From Chiloscyllium plagiosum (Eukaryota): a DNA stretch of 64,000 nt. Below the pieces are notes generated by a model, which worked only from the letters and a program-made list of their open reading frames with translations, did not search any database and was not told the DNA's origin. Within the stretch, counting starts at the first letter, position 1. Every line of letters begins with the position of its first letter. The position numbers and the translations under genes were made by a program. The stretch spans positions 9,560,726 through 9,624,725 of the forward strand of contig NC_057757.1 in assembly GCF_004010195.1 (NCBI RefSeq). The letters run 5' to 3'. Shown here in pieces: positions 25,441-38,579 of this stretch.

Positions 25441-25614
25441 CAAAGGTGTAAGTACCTTTAGTTTATCTCCTCAAACCAATGGCCTTCTGGAAATTTTCGA
25501 CAAGACCTACGAAAAGTTAGAAAAGAACTGAAGACAAAGCATGGATGAAACTGGGATCCCCTCCAGCTGTGTCTCAGATTTACTGTTAAGAAGGTATCTC
25601 AGTGCTCTACGGAA

Positions 25615-25672
25615 AGAGAGAGAGAGAGAGAGAGAGTGAGAGAGAGAGAGAGAGAGATAAAGAGAGGGGGAG
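25615..25672. repeat. (GA)n microsatellite
   Basis: Visible dinucleotide run. Confidence 0.95.
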
Positions 25673-26557
25673 GGAAAGTCAATAACTGATGGCATAAATT
25701 TCCAAAGTCCAGTGGAAGATGGCTACCCTGGAGATGTCAAGGGCGTGGAGACTCAGGATGACTAAAGAATCACATGACAATGGAGTTGCCTCGTGGTTTG
25801 ATCTTCAAAACCTGAATGAAACAAACAGTTCTTTCAAGACTTTCAGAATGAGGTATCCAAATTGATAGTTGAGGGCTTAGGGAAAGCCAATTATCGCAAC
25901 AACTTGGATCTAACCAAATGCTGCTGGCAGATATTTACCCAAGGATGAACACGCCAATGGGAATTGGAAAGGGTCTTCACAGGAATCATTACAATGTTTG
26001 GATTGCTTGCAGCCTCATGGACCCAGTGAAGGTATCACAGAGAATCCCTACAGTGTGGAATCAGGCCATTCAGCCCATCATAAAAAACATGAAGAAACTG
26101 TATTAGATCGGAAACGCTCACTCTTTCTCTCCCCACAGATCTGCTCAGTTTCTCCAACACTTTATGTTTTCATTTCTGATTTGCAGCATGTGCAAAATTG
26201 CACTGTTACTGATGTAGTAAACTCACACCCAATACACTGTGACCCCTCGATGGTATTACTTATAGTACAGGCTGAAGGCTCATCTGTTGCAGGGAGGGGC
26301 TGCATCTGTCAAATTTGGGGCCATGACAAACTTGGAGCTATTACTTTGGATTGTTGCTAGAGATGGGGTGATGAATCCTCAGGAAAACAAAGTCATAACT
26401 AATAAACCTGGGCCTCACCCTGGGAGTGAGCCAGGCACTTTTGGATTATTCTCATTACTGATGGTTTATTTCAGATTTTAAGTCATACCTCCTCTTACTA
26501 ATCCAGTCGTGATACGTCTCACAGTTAGTATGTATTTAAGAGATATGCACCTGATAA

Positions 26558-26848
26558 TCATAGAATCTCTACAGTGTGGAAGCAGGCCATTCAGCCCACC
26601 AAATCCATACCGCCTCTGTCAAGAGCATCCCACCCAGACCCATCCCATCCCTGAAATCCTGTATTTCCCATGGCCAATCCACCTAACTGGCACATCTTTG
26701 GACTGTGGGCAGAAACCAGAGCACCCGGAAGAAACCCACGCATACACGGGGAGAATGTGCAAACTCTACACAGACAGTCACCCGAGGCTGGAATCAAACC
26801 TGGGTCCCTGGTGTAATGAAGCAGCAGTGCTAACCACTGAGCCACCCT
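26558..26848 (-). mobile_element. HE1-like SINE
   Basis: Complete reverse-complement copy. Confidence 0.88.
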
Positions 26849-28127
26849 TGTGCTATCATCCTTCTGTTGTAGCTTGTGACCTGAGGGGATAAAACAGGGC
26901 TTTCCAATGTGGAGCTGAGGAAGCTGAGTGCTGAAATTGAGCTGAAATGTTGGGATTGTGAATTCTCTGGTTGCAATAACTGAGCCACCTCCTGACTTCC
27001 TTCTGCCCCCAATGCTCACAGCGGATTCACATCAGTTTTCCAACCTCAAAATAAGGAGATAATGGGATAAAGTTTGGGAAGCACTAGTGTATAGGTTTCA
27101 TACTCCATTTGAACTGGCCACACACTGATGGAAGCATCTTGTTCTTTGTAATTGAATACTTAATGGCAGCCCAGACATGGTGGTGCTGGGAAATATAACA
27201 TTTGTACATACTAATGCACTGTAATGAGCATTTATTGGATCTTTCATGTTACCTAAGTCCCAGTTATGAGGGATAACATAAGCATTGCCACAGTTGGTAA
27301 ATATACCCTGCTGCAGGCAAAACACACACCAAACCAAACCAAAACAGAGGAACCAACTGGTTCTAGTGAAGCTCTGAGCCAGAGGCTGTTTCCTGGGCGG
27401 TGAGCCATGTGTTCTGTAATAATCTCCTGCTCACAGTCACAGACTTCCCACAAACATTTGTATTTAAAGCAAAGCCTCAAGAGAGACTCTGTCAATGGAA
27501 TAGTGGAGGAACAGACAGGAACAGAGTGATTTCTCTTTGGGCAGTCACTGTTGTTTCGGGGGCAGCTGTGAGATATGGTCCATCCATTTCATGGGCACAG
27601 AAACCCCAAGGTGCTGCTCACTGAAGTGCCAACTGTCCTGGTGACATGCTATGTGCCCCTCAAATTGAAGGGGGCCTAGGGAAGGGAAAGATGCCGTATT
27701 GTCTGGTAATCTTGTCAGCACAGCTTTATTATTTATGAGATGGAGCACTGCAGGGTAGAGGCACAATGATATGAGGCTCAATGGAACTATAGTGTCGTGC
27801 TCAAAAGAGGATGTGTAACAGGGTGATTGAGAGTCAGTCTGGTCACTGCAGGCTGATCAGGCCCATGTTAAGTAACAATACATGGCCTTTTTAAATAATA
27901 ACATATTTAGATCGTGAAAAGTAAACTTTTCCTTGAAAGCTAAACGTAAAGCAAGTTTCAATGGAGAGAAGAAAGGGCTATGAGGCTTGCTGAGTCTCAT
28001 TCTCATAGTGAGCTGTTTCAAAGTAGGATTGTTCAAGGGTTGTTTCTAGGGCAAAGGAGCCTCAGACATGCAAGGATCTTCTACAGAGTCAATCCTGTAC
28101 TAATACGACTAGACAATGATATCTCCT

Positions 28128-28404
28128 ACATTCATACTCTCACACAAACACAAGCACACATATACACACTCTCATACACAGGCACACACTCACATGTTCA
28201 AACACATAACACACGCACACTCTCATGGCACTCACATACATTTCCCACACCACCCTCTTACACATATACACAAATACACATACACACTATGATACACATA
28301 CTCACACACTCACTCTCTTTCTCTCTCTCACACACACACAAAGATACACATATTCACACTTGTATATACACACACACTAAGATACACATACTCACTCTCA
28401 TAAA

Positions 28405-28444
<40 letters not shown>
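28128..28444. repeat. Degenerate (CA)n low-complexity tract ending in pure (CA)n
   Basis: Visible in sequence; it explains the His/Thr-rich ORF 27980..28447. Confidence 0.95.
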
Positions 28445-28447
<3 letters not shown>

Positions 28448-28664
28448 AATACCCCAGAGTGGAGACTGAGTGCCCTTGTCAGTTTTGAATATGCCAGATC
28501 AGAGCCCATTTTCCTAAGATACAGGCCACACTATAGAGAACAACAATGGCCTGTATTTATGTCTCAAATATTTAGACAAGTTCTTCCTGGTTTACATCTG
28601 ATTTACCATTTTATACCTGATCGTAAATACTGTCAACCAGTGTTGTTGGAATAAAAGGGAGGGA

Positions 28665-29050
28665 TTCCAGATGAAAGGCTTATCCCCGAAACGGCGACTC
28701 TCTTGCTCCTTGGATGCTGCCTGACCTGCTGTGTTTTTCCAGCACTACACTTTTCGACTCTGATCTTCAGCATCTGCAGTCCTCACTTCCTCACGTTCTC
28801 CCTGTGTCTGTGTGAGTTTCCCCCGGGTGTTCCAGTTTCCTCTCACAGTCCAAAGATGTGCAAGTTAGGTGGACTGGCCATGTTAAATTACCCATTGTAT
28901 CCAGGGATGTGCAGGCTCGGTGGGTTAGCCAAGGAAAATGTGAGGTTATGGGGTTCTGTAGGACTGTGGGTCTGGGTTGGATGCACTTTGGAGGGATGAT
29001 GTGGGCTTAATGGGCCAAATGGCCTGCTGCCACACTGCAGGGATTCTATA
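28665..29050 (+). mobile_element. Penelope-like terminus (28665-28793) abutting a 5'-truncated HE1-like SINE (28794-29050)
   Basis: Decayed hammerhead ccagatgaaaggcttatccccgaaacggcga followed by SINE body and tail. Confidence 0.75.
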
Positions 29051-29867
29051 ATAAGGGAGTTGGGATAGGAGGAGACAAGAAAAGGAGAATGAACAAAATG
29101 TTAGATTTACGCAACACCTTTCACTTCTTCAGAAAGTGCAGCCAAAATGCTTTACAGTGAATTATTGCAGAAGTGAAGTCACTCTTTGTGGACAGGCATG
29201 ACATGTAACTGGCACACAGCAAGATCCCACAAATGAGGTAAATGCATTTGATGCCATAGGTTACATATCGACTGGGTAATCCACTTTGAAGAGTGTCATA
29301 AATCTTTAACACAGCCAGGTACAGGCTCTTTATGGGGGCTAGAACTCCGAAAACCCAGATTCAAGGGCAATTGTTGGAATTTAAATTAATAATTCTGGAA
29401 CTGAAGCTGGTTCTTTTGTGATGGGTGATCTTGACAATTATCCAAGAGCTGTTTAAAAACCAATCTGATTTGCTGATTCTCTTTAGGGAAGGAAATCTGC
29501 TGTTGTCACTTGTTCAGGTCAATATGTGACTCCAGACTAAAGCCAGTATGATTGGCTCTTGACTGTCCTCTGAGGTTACTAAGCAAGCAGCTCAATCCAA
29601 TTTGGGATTGGGCAAAAAATCTGGCCTTGCTACATTTCATGAAGATATTTATATGTGAAAATGGCACGTCTGACAATACAGATCTTCATTTCAGTATGAA
29701 CTTAGGATCCTCCAGATTTAAGGAGCTGGAACTGATCAGTTGACCCAACTAATTTAGACTCCACACAAACCTCCTCGTCAAGTAATGACCTGCTCCTTGC
29801 CTGCATTTCAGCATTCCCATTCTGAACTGAGCTATTAATCTGTTCAAAGTTATGGTGTCATAGAGAT

Positions 29868-31540
29868 TTTATGTTTAGTTTAACGATGGAAAGGGATAGG
29901 TACATGCCACAGGTCAAGAGTTATCAATGGGGCAAAGGCAATTATAATGCAATTAGACAGGAATTAGGATGAATAGAATGGGGTAGCAAAATTCAGGGGA
30001 TGCCGACAATGGAAATGTGGAGCTGGTTTAAGGAACAAATATTGCATGTCCGTGATAGGTGTGTCCTGTCAGGCAGGGAGGGAGTGATAAGGTAAGGGAA
30101 CCGTGGTATACAACAGAAATTGCATCTCTTGTTATGAAGAAGAAGGAGGCTTATACGTTGATGAGGCAAGATGGTTCAGATGAGGCGATGGAGAGTTACA
30201 GATCAGCTCAGAAGGATTTAAAGAGAGAGTTAAGGAGAGCAAAGAGAGGACACGAGCAGTCTTTAGCAAATAGAATAAAGGAGAACCTTAAAGCTTTCTA
30301 TAGGTCTGTGAGGAATAAAAGGGTGACTAGGGTAGGAATAGGGCCAGTCAAAGACAGAAGTGGGAAGTTGAGTGTGGACCCTGTAGAGATCGGAGAGGTG
30401 CTAAATGAACATTTCTCAACGGTGTTCACTCAGGAAAAGGAGGGTATTGTAGAGGAGAAGAATGAGGTACGAGATATTAGACTAGAAAGGATCGAGGTTA
30501 GTTACAAACAGGTGTTATCAATTCTAGAAGGAGTGAAAGTAGACAAGTCCCCTGGGCCAGATGGGATTTATCCGAGGATTTCTTCTCTGAAGAAGACATA
30601 CGGTGTGTTAGGTTTCATTGGCAGAGGGATTGAGTTCCGGAGCCACAATATCATGCTGCAACTATACAAAATGCTGGTGAAGCCATACTTGAAATATTGT
30701 GTACAGTTCTGGTCCCCATATTTCGGGAAGGATGTGGAAGCATTGGAAAAGGTGCAGAGGAGATTTACCACGATGTTGCCTGGTCTGGAGGGAGGGTCAT
30801 ATGAGGAAAGGCTGAGAGACTTGAACCTGTTCTTGTTGGCAAGAAGAAGGCTAAGATGGGATTTGATAGAGACATACAAGATTAGATTAGATTCCTTACA
30901 GTATGGAAACAGGCCCTTCGGCCCAACTAGCCCATACCAACCCTCCAAAGAGTAACCCACCCAGACCATTCCCCATATTTACCTCTGACTAATGCAGCTA
31001 ACTATATGGACAATTTAGCATGGCCAATTCACCTAACCTGCACATCTTTGGACTGTGGGAGGAAACTGGGCCACCCAGAGGAAACCCACACAGACACAGG
31101 GAGAATGTGCAAACTCCACACAGATAGACACCCAAGGCTGGAATCGAACCCAGGTCCCTGGCGCTGTGAGGCAACAGTGCTAACCACTGAGCCACCATGC
31201 CACCCTTGATCAGAGGCTCAGATAGGGTAGACAGTGAAAGTCTTTTTCCTAGGACGATGACGTCAGCTTGTACGAGGGGACATTAGTACAAATTGAGGGG
31301 TGATAGATTTAAGACAGATGTCAGAGGCAGGTTCTTTACGCAGAGATTGGTAAGGGTGTGGAATGCCCTACCTGCTAATGTAATCAACTCAGCTACATTA
31401 GGGAGATTTAAACAATCCTTAGATAAGCACATGGATGATTTTGGGATAGTGTAGGGGGACGAGCTGAAAATAGTTCACAGGTCGGCACAAAATCGAAGGC
31501 TGAAAGGCCTGTTCTGCGCTGTATTGTTCTATGTTCTATG
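29868..31540 (+). mobile_element. CR1 LINE with an internal deletion of the RT core (~30582) and a nested HE1-like SINE
   Basis: ORF 30059..30955 runs KSPGPDGIYPRI straight into KKTYGVLGFIGRGIEFR. The C-terminus resumes at 31208 and ends in a ttctatg tail. Confidence 0.9.
30880..31206 (-). mobile_element. HE1-like SINE inserted in CR1
   Basis: Runs from the (attag)n tail to the gagccaccatgccaccc head. Confidence 0.9.
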
Positions 31541-32050
31541 TACAGCACAGAAACAGACGCTTTGATCCTACCCTTCCATGCTGACCAGGTAACCCAAACT
31601 AATCTAGTCCCATTTGACAGCATTTGGTTCACAAACCCTTCCAATTCACACTCCCATCCAGGTGCCTTTTAAATGCTGTAATTGTACCAGCCTCCACCAC
31701 TTCCTCTGGCAGCTCATTCCATTCACGCATTACCCTCTGTGTGAAAACATTGCCCCTCAGGTTTCTTTTAATTCTTGCCCCTCTCACCTTAAATCTATGT
31801 CCTCTAGTTTTGGATTTCCCTACTCTGGGAAAACTACCTTTGTTATTCTCCTTATCCATGTGCCTCATGATTTTATAAACCTCGATAAGGTCATTCCTCA
31901 GCCTCTGACGCTCCGGGGATAATAACACCAGCCTATTCAGCTTGTCTCTATAGCTCAAATCCTCCAGCCCAGGCAGCATCCACATAAATCTTTCCTGAAT
32001 CTTTTCAAATTTAACAACAGCCTTCCTAAAGCACCAGAATTGTACGCAGG
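31540..32050 (-). mobile_element. CR1 3' fragment
   Basis: ORF 31629..31985 RLRNDLIEVYKIMR...FTQRVMREWNELP. Confidence 0.9.
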
Positions 32051-32554
32051 AATCTAAATGAGCTAAAACGAGTTTAAATACAATTATTTATGTCCATTCA
32101 GAGAAGTTCTGACTTGGGAGAAGGCAACCTTTCAGTGGCAGTGAAGGAGCAGTCTTTGCACACAAAACACACCAAAGCTGTCTTATTGCAGTGGAAGTGA
32201 AATCACCTGATCCGGTGCCAAGGGGCGGTGATGTACTGAGGAGACTAGGATCTGCAACTTTCCTGCATATTCCCATGGGGTCATGTCTCAGCTGGAATGA
32301 AATGAAACACCTGCCAATGAGCAAATAGTTGGCAGTCACAAGAGAAAGTTCAGAACCTGGAATATCTGCCTCTCAATCCTTTAATTGCTTTTGGCCGCCT
32401 GTTTTAATTTAAAAGAATCTTAAAGGGACAGCTCTCTCTCTCTCTCTCTCTCTCATTGAAGACAGCCAAAAAACCAAAAGCTTTTGCATTCATTTAGCAC
32501 CTTTGGCAAAGTCAGGACTCTCTGAAGTACTTTATAGTCAATTAAGTAAACTGT

Positions 32555-32655
32555 AGCAAAAACAGAAATTGCTGGAGAAACTCAGCAGGTCTGGCAGCAT
32601 TTGTGGAGGGAAAGTGGAGTTTTTGTGTCGGGTCCAGTGACTCTTCTTCAGAAAT
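32555..32655 (-). mobile_element. Penelope-like terminus, third variant (similar copy at ~8855-8960)
   Basis: aacagaaattgctggagaaactcagcaggtctggcagca...; minus strand ctgaagaagagtcactggacccgaca is a decayed hammerhead-like motif. Confidence 0.55.
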
Positions 32656-32834
32656 AAACTGCAGTATTGTATAAAAGCAATGTAATAATCCATTCTCAGG
32701 TGTTAGCTTCCAGATGATCACCCTCCATGGTTTCTTTTCCTGCCCCAACCTTGTAATCTCTGGAATCTATTCTCTCAGGGATCTATCCTTGGCCCTCTTC
32801 TACATCTCATCTCATAAAATCTCAGCAAAACAAT

Positions 32835-33125
32835 TGAAGAATAAAGGTAAGCCATTCAGGACTGAGATGAGGAAGAATTTCTTCTCTCAGAGAGTTATAA
32901 ACTTGTGGAACTCTCTACCTCAGGAAGCTGTTGGGGCCAGTTTGTTAGATATGTTCAAGAGGGAGCTGGACTTGACCTTTGCAGCTAAAGGAATCAAAAG
33001 GTATGAAGAGGAAGTGGGAATGGGATACTGAAATTGGATGATCAACTATGATCATATTGCATGATGGTGAAGGCTGGAAGGGCTGAATGCCCTACTCCTG
33101 GACCTATTTTCTATGTTTCTATGTA
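32835..33125 (+). mobile_element. CR1 3' fragment
   Basis: FRTEMRKNFFSQRVINLWNSLP; tttctatgtttctatg tail. Confidence 0.88.
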
Positions 33126-36100
33126 ACACAACGCAAGGGTCTGCATGCACTCTGATGACATAGCACCACCTCACCAGTTCAATCAACTCAATCCAACTGT
33201 TGCCTATGGTTTTACACCTTGTGTTTCTAACCTCTACAACTGGGCAAGTACAAATCTCCTCCGGTTAATGGTTGAGAAGACCACCATCTTTGGTTGCCAT
33301 TCCAAAATAGTCATTCATCTCCTTCACAGACCATTCACAATAAGTTGTCCGATTTGACACTGAATAAGTACTTCCAACTCCTCTTCTTTCCAGCACCAAG
33401 GATTCAGTCTTCCAACTGTATAACATTGTTTAACTCCACCTCCATTGTAACTTTTATACAATTACTCAAATGTTTCCAATGTGTGAAACCAGAGGCAACA
33501 GAAGTTGATTGAGGTGGCACTATGGCATCAGAGTCGATGTAGACCCTTATGTGTATTACTCGGTGATGTTGCTGAGAGAGATCTTGTGAAATGAAATGTT
33601 CCCAGGTTAGTCTCTTACATACTGCTCTTTGTAGATTTGAACTCAAGCAAATCTTCCCTGATTGTAAATTCAATTGCGCCAACTCCTGTTCACCTATTAC
33701 TCCTATACTCTGGCTCCTGGCCTGGCGACACTTCCGGTTTGAAATTTTTATCCTTGTTTTCCATTTTCTTCATGGTGTCAGCCCTCCCTATCACTGTCAT
33801 CTCCTCCAGTCCCTCAAACTGCTGCATGTGCTAGCTATGAAGATAGCTTGGTGCAGTTGGGACTGTTTTCTTTAGAGTCAGGGCAGCTCAGAGGCAATTT
33901 CACAAAACTTTTCAGAATCGTGAGGAGTCTGCACTGCGTAAATAGAGAGAAACTCAGGAAGAACAATGCATAAATATCAGGTAATTTACAAAATCAAATA
34001 CAAGGTGACAGAATACTTTTTTCACTCAGCAAGTATTTAAGGTATGAAATGCACTGTCTGGAAATGTACCATAGACAGGTTCAATGGAGGCATTGGATTC
34101 AATGGAAATAATGAGCTGGGCAATGGAGAAAAGGCAGGAGCATGGCACTGAGTCTTAACATTCATTCAGAAAGCTGGTGCAGTCATGATGGGATGAATGG
34201 CCTCCTTTTTCACTGTCACAACACTGCAGTCCGTGATGTCCATTTTGCATTGCTTCAGCACTGGTGACTGCGCCTTCAGTTACCTTGGTGATAGGGTTGG
34301 GAATCACCTGCACAAATACCCGATCATTCATCAAGCTGTTGGTATTCTGCAATATTCTAGATGTGGTTTGGAGTCAGGATGTTTTGGATAGGGGTGGCAG
34401 TGGATCAGTGGTTAAGCACTGTTCCCTGAAGATTACGTTGCCCTTTTAACTGCACTGACAGGGGAAACCATTTAACTCCAAGCTGACTCAGCAAAGATTT
34501 AGTTAACCCACTTGGCAAAATTCAGACAATAGGATAAAATCAGAGAGGTCTTGTAATATAGAGAGAGCATCTTTGCGTGATGGCAGGATATGGATTTGAA
34601 TCTTCCTATCCCCAGACAGTAACTCAGTGTGGGAGTACTGGGCCCATCAGCTTGCAACCATTCTCCATCTGGAATTACTACCCAGACTATCCCATTCACC
34701 CTCCTACTTCCCACTTCCACAGGCTATATTTCCCCAAAACTGGCAATTACTCCAATATGTTAAATAACTCAGTCAATTCTTGGAAGTAAGGGATACTTCC
34801 TTGAATGCAGTGAATTGAATACAAAGGCTGAGTCATTCTGGACACTACCTCAACCTTGAACATCTTGTTTCATTTTCCACTAATTAAACGCATTCCAGCT
34901 ATTGCATGGATCTGTGTTTTGAGGAGCAGCAGTTACAAGATGAATGAACAAGCAGTGTAAAATAAATCTTGCTTTGTGATGGTTACACCCACTGGAGAGA
35001 GACGGGTCGAATTTGAAGGTTAAGGGTCAAAGGGGCTGATTCTTGACCCCTGACAGGGGCATGGCTGGTGGGTACTCCAGTTTCAAAGCATCTCGATTCA
35101 ACAACAACTTGGTGTTTATCTAGCACCATTAATGTAATGAATGTATCCCACCAGGCTTTGCAGGAATGTTATCAGACAAAATCTGACAACAGGAGATTTT
35201 AGGATTGGTGGCGGAAAGCCTGAAGAAATGCAGCTTTTAAAGCAGTGATTTTTAATGAGATAGAGAGAGATAGGGAGGGAATCCGAGGCTTTGAGGTTTA
35301 AGCAGCTGAAGGCACTGCAGTCAATGGTGGAATAAAGGTAACTGAGGATTTTCAAGGGGCCAGAATTAGATCAATGCAAAGATCTGGGAGGAATGCAGCA
35401 CGAGAGGAGTGCATGGAGACAGGGAGTGGAGTCAATTAAGGAATTTTCACGTAAGAATAAGAGTTAGTTATGCATAAGGGTAGTAGGTGAATGGGATTTA
35501 GTGTAGGTTTGGATATTGAGTGTAGAGCTTTAGATGTGCTTCCTTTATGGAGAAAAACAGTCGTGGTCACCTGAGAGGACTAGAAGGCAGCACTTAAGAG
35601 AGAGAGAAAAAAAGACCTTGGGTTTATATAAAACTTTTGGGAGATCACAGTAAATTAAGTTGTTTTAAAATCTAGGCCAGGAATTTCTGACATATAAATA
35701 AGTGGAGTGGGCAATGTAACATTGGGATGTGGAAGTCAGACTTGGACATTCCCCTCCCAGGATCTTAATTGCAATGGTGTCAGGAAGGGGATTATCTCTC
35801 GAATATCAACCAACTTTCCCATTCTTCCACCCATTCCAAACCCAATCCCCACTGTTACTTTCCTTGTCATTCCTCTGGAGGGGATGATTTTGTCCACAGA
35901 CTCTGTTGTTTAGGATAAATGCAGCAGTCAGTTTATGCACAGAAAGACACAACAAACAGCAATATGATACAAGCCGATATCCTGTATTAATGATGCTGGT
36001 TGAGTAATAAACTTGTCTAGAATGCCAGACCATTTTGGGATCATTCTGACTGCAAGAGAGGGCCATGATTTAGTGAGCTATCTGAAAATCATTACTTTTG

Positions 36101-36227
36101 ATCGTGCAGCCGTTCCTTAGCACTGCACTGAGCTATAATCCAGATCCTGTGCACCAGTCTTAGAAACGGCCCTGCCCAATGAGCTATGGCTGACTTCAGG
36201 TGGAAGAATGGTTGGGAACACTGTTAA

Positions 36228-36650
36228 TAAGTTGGACAAGCTGGAGGGGGTACAGAGGAGGTTCACCAGGATGTTACCTGGAATAGAGAAATTGTGCAAT
36301 AAGGCGAGACTAGATTGTTTTCTCTAGAACAGAGATGACTGAGGGGGAACACGATTGAGATATAAAAATTTATGACAGGTATGGACAGGGGATAGAGAGC
36401 AGCTGCTCACCTTGGTTGCGGGGTCAATCACAGGAGGACATAATTTTAGGGTAAGGGGCAGGAGGTTCAGAAGGAATTTGGGAAAAAAAACTTTATCACT
36501 CAGTGAGTGGTGGGAATCTGGGAAGGTAGTGGAGGCTGGAAACTTTACAATCCTTAAAATATATTTGGATGAGTACTTTGAATATTGTAACATTCAGAGA
36601 TCTGGGACAAGAGCAGTGAATTGGGATTAGCGCACTTTTAGAGGTAGTTA
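36228..36650 (+). mobile_element. Degraded CR1 3' fragment
   Basis: LEGVQRRFTRMLPG and ITGGHNFRVRGRRFRR motifs. Confidence 0.8.
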
Positions 36651-37274
36651 TGTCAAGTTCTGAGTGACCTGCAGTCTGTATATTTCTCTAGGCCTACTCC
36701 GATAGAATTCCCACTATCCTTCCTCTTGCTCACAATGTCCAGAGGGAACTTATTTTTTAATTCCTTCATGGAATATGGGCACGTTGGCACACCCAATAAT
36801 TGTTGCCCATGCCTAAGTTCGCTGGAACTAAGTGGCTTGCTTGGACCATTTTCAGAGGGCAGTTCAGAGTGAACCACTTTGCTGTAGGTCTGGAGTCACA
36901 TGTGACCAGACCAGGTAGGGGTGGCAGATTTCTTTCTCTAATGCACATTGGTGAACTAGATGGGCTCTTATACCAATCAATAGTTATTTCACGATCACCA
37001 TTACTGATAGTAACTTTCAAATTCCTGATTAAATTAATGGAATTTAAATTCCAAGTGGTGGGATTGGAACCATGTCCTCAGAGCTTTAGCCTGTACCTCT
37101 GGACTATGAGTACAGTGACACTTTCACTTCATCACCACTGCTCTCCTCCCTGCAGTTTGCCAACACAATTCCCACTTGTGAAGCTGTGATAGCTCAGGCT
37201 GAGGGGGCTAAGGAAGGAGACTAAATTCTCTGGATGAAGTAATGAAATCCGTGCCCTTACTAACCTTACTCAAA

Positions 37275-37520
37275 GGCAAAAGTGAGGACTGCAGACGTTG
37301 GAAATCAGAGTCTAGAATAGAGTGGTGCTGGGACAGCACAGCGGGTCAGGCAGCATTCGAGGCGACCTTCTTCCCAGCCCCACCCACCCTCCCATTTATC
37401 TCGCCACCCCGGAGGCTCCCTGCCTTCATTCCTGATGAAGGGCTTTTGCCCAAAACGTCGATTTTCCTGCTCCTCGGATGCTGCCTGACCTGTTGTGCTT
37501 TCCCAGCACCACTCTAATCC
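37275..37520. mobile_element. Fold-back Penelope-like mini-element
   Basis: 37318-37362 is the reverse complement of 37472-37518. The hammerhead at 37431-37465 has GAAA mutated to AAAA. Confidence 0.75.
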
Positions 37521-38117
37521 TGACCTACACAACGGACATTTCCTCACATTCCAGTGAGTTTTTTTTCTCTCTGTTTCCTGCTGTGTTTTTAGTCTGCTCA
37601 GGCTGAGGTTTCATTTCTTTCCTTCATTACACTTGAAGGAGACAGATACACATTAGAATGATCACATACTCCTGAATACTGTACTGCACAGTGGGATGAG
37701 AATTTCCCAATTATCCCTCCTTACCCATAACCTGCTGAGAAAGGGCTTAGACTGGAAGAAACTGTTCCTCACTCAAGCTGAGAATAATCAGCAAATTCGA
37801 GCACCTTCTCACACAAACTGGCAGAAATCCAAAAGTTTCTGGGGCAATTATAAATTTCAATCTTGAGATATGATCAATCAATTTTTGCCTTTTGCTTGGT
37901 GATGGAATCAATAGAAACAAGCAAATATGTTAAAGAGAAATGAGCTCCAGCATGAATAAGATTGAAATCAGTGTTGGGACTGAGCTGCTGACTGTGATGA
38001 ATTAATTCCTGGAGGGTTCATCATGTGATATTTCCCATGTTCTACAGTCAGCCAATCTACCATCCTCGTGATACACTGGGCCTTCTCATGCTAATTTGAA
38101 AACATTGCTCAAACCTT

Positions 38118-38578
38118 TTGAGCATAAGAGATGGGGCATTATGTTGAGGTTGTACAGGATATTGGTGAGATCTCTTCTGTGTGCAGTTCCAGTCACCCCA
38201 TTATATGAAAGATATTATTAACCTTGGAAGGTTCAGAAAAAAAATTACCAGGATGTTACCGGGAATGGAGGATTTTAGATATAAAATTAGACTGGAAAGA
38301 TTGGGACTTTTTTCACAGGAGTGTAGGAGGTTAACGGGTAACTTTATTGAGGTTTATAAAATCATGAGGGGCATTGATAAGGTGCATGACAAGGGTCTTT
38401 TCCATACAGTGTTCAGAAACAAGGAGCGTATTTTAAAGGCGAGAGGAGAAAGATTTGAAAAGGACCTTAGGGGCAATTTATTTTACACAGAAATAGGTTG
38501 ACATGTGGAATGAATTCCAAGAGAAAGTGGCGGATGTGGGCACAATTAGAATGGTTAAAAATTATTTGGTTAAGTTAC
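38118..38578 (+). mobile_element. CR1 3' fragment whose tail resumes at 40213-40340
   Basis: ORF 38181..38501. ...ttggttaagttaca joins aataggaaaaatttagagggatatgg, as in the uninterrupted copy at 59100-59145. Confidence 0.8.
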
Positions 38579-38579
38579 A

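Noticed and set aside
27980..28447. 155-aa His/Thr-rich ORF
   Set aside because: It is a translation of a CA-rich low-complexity tract.
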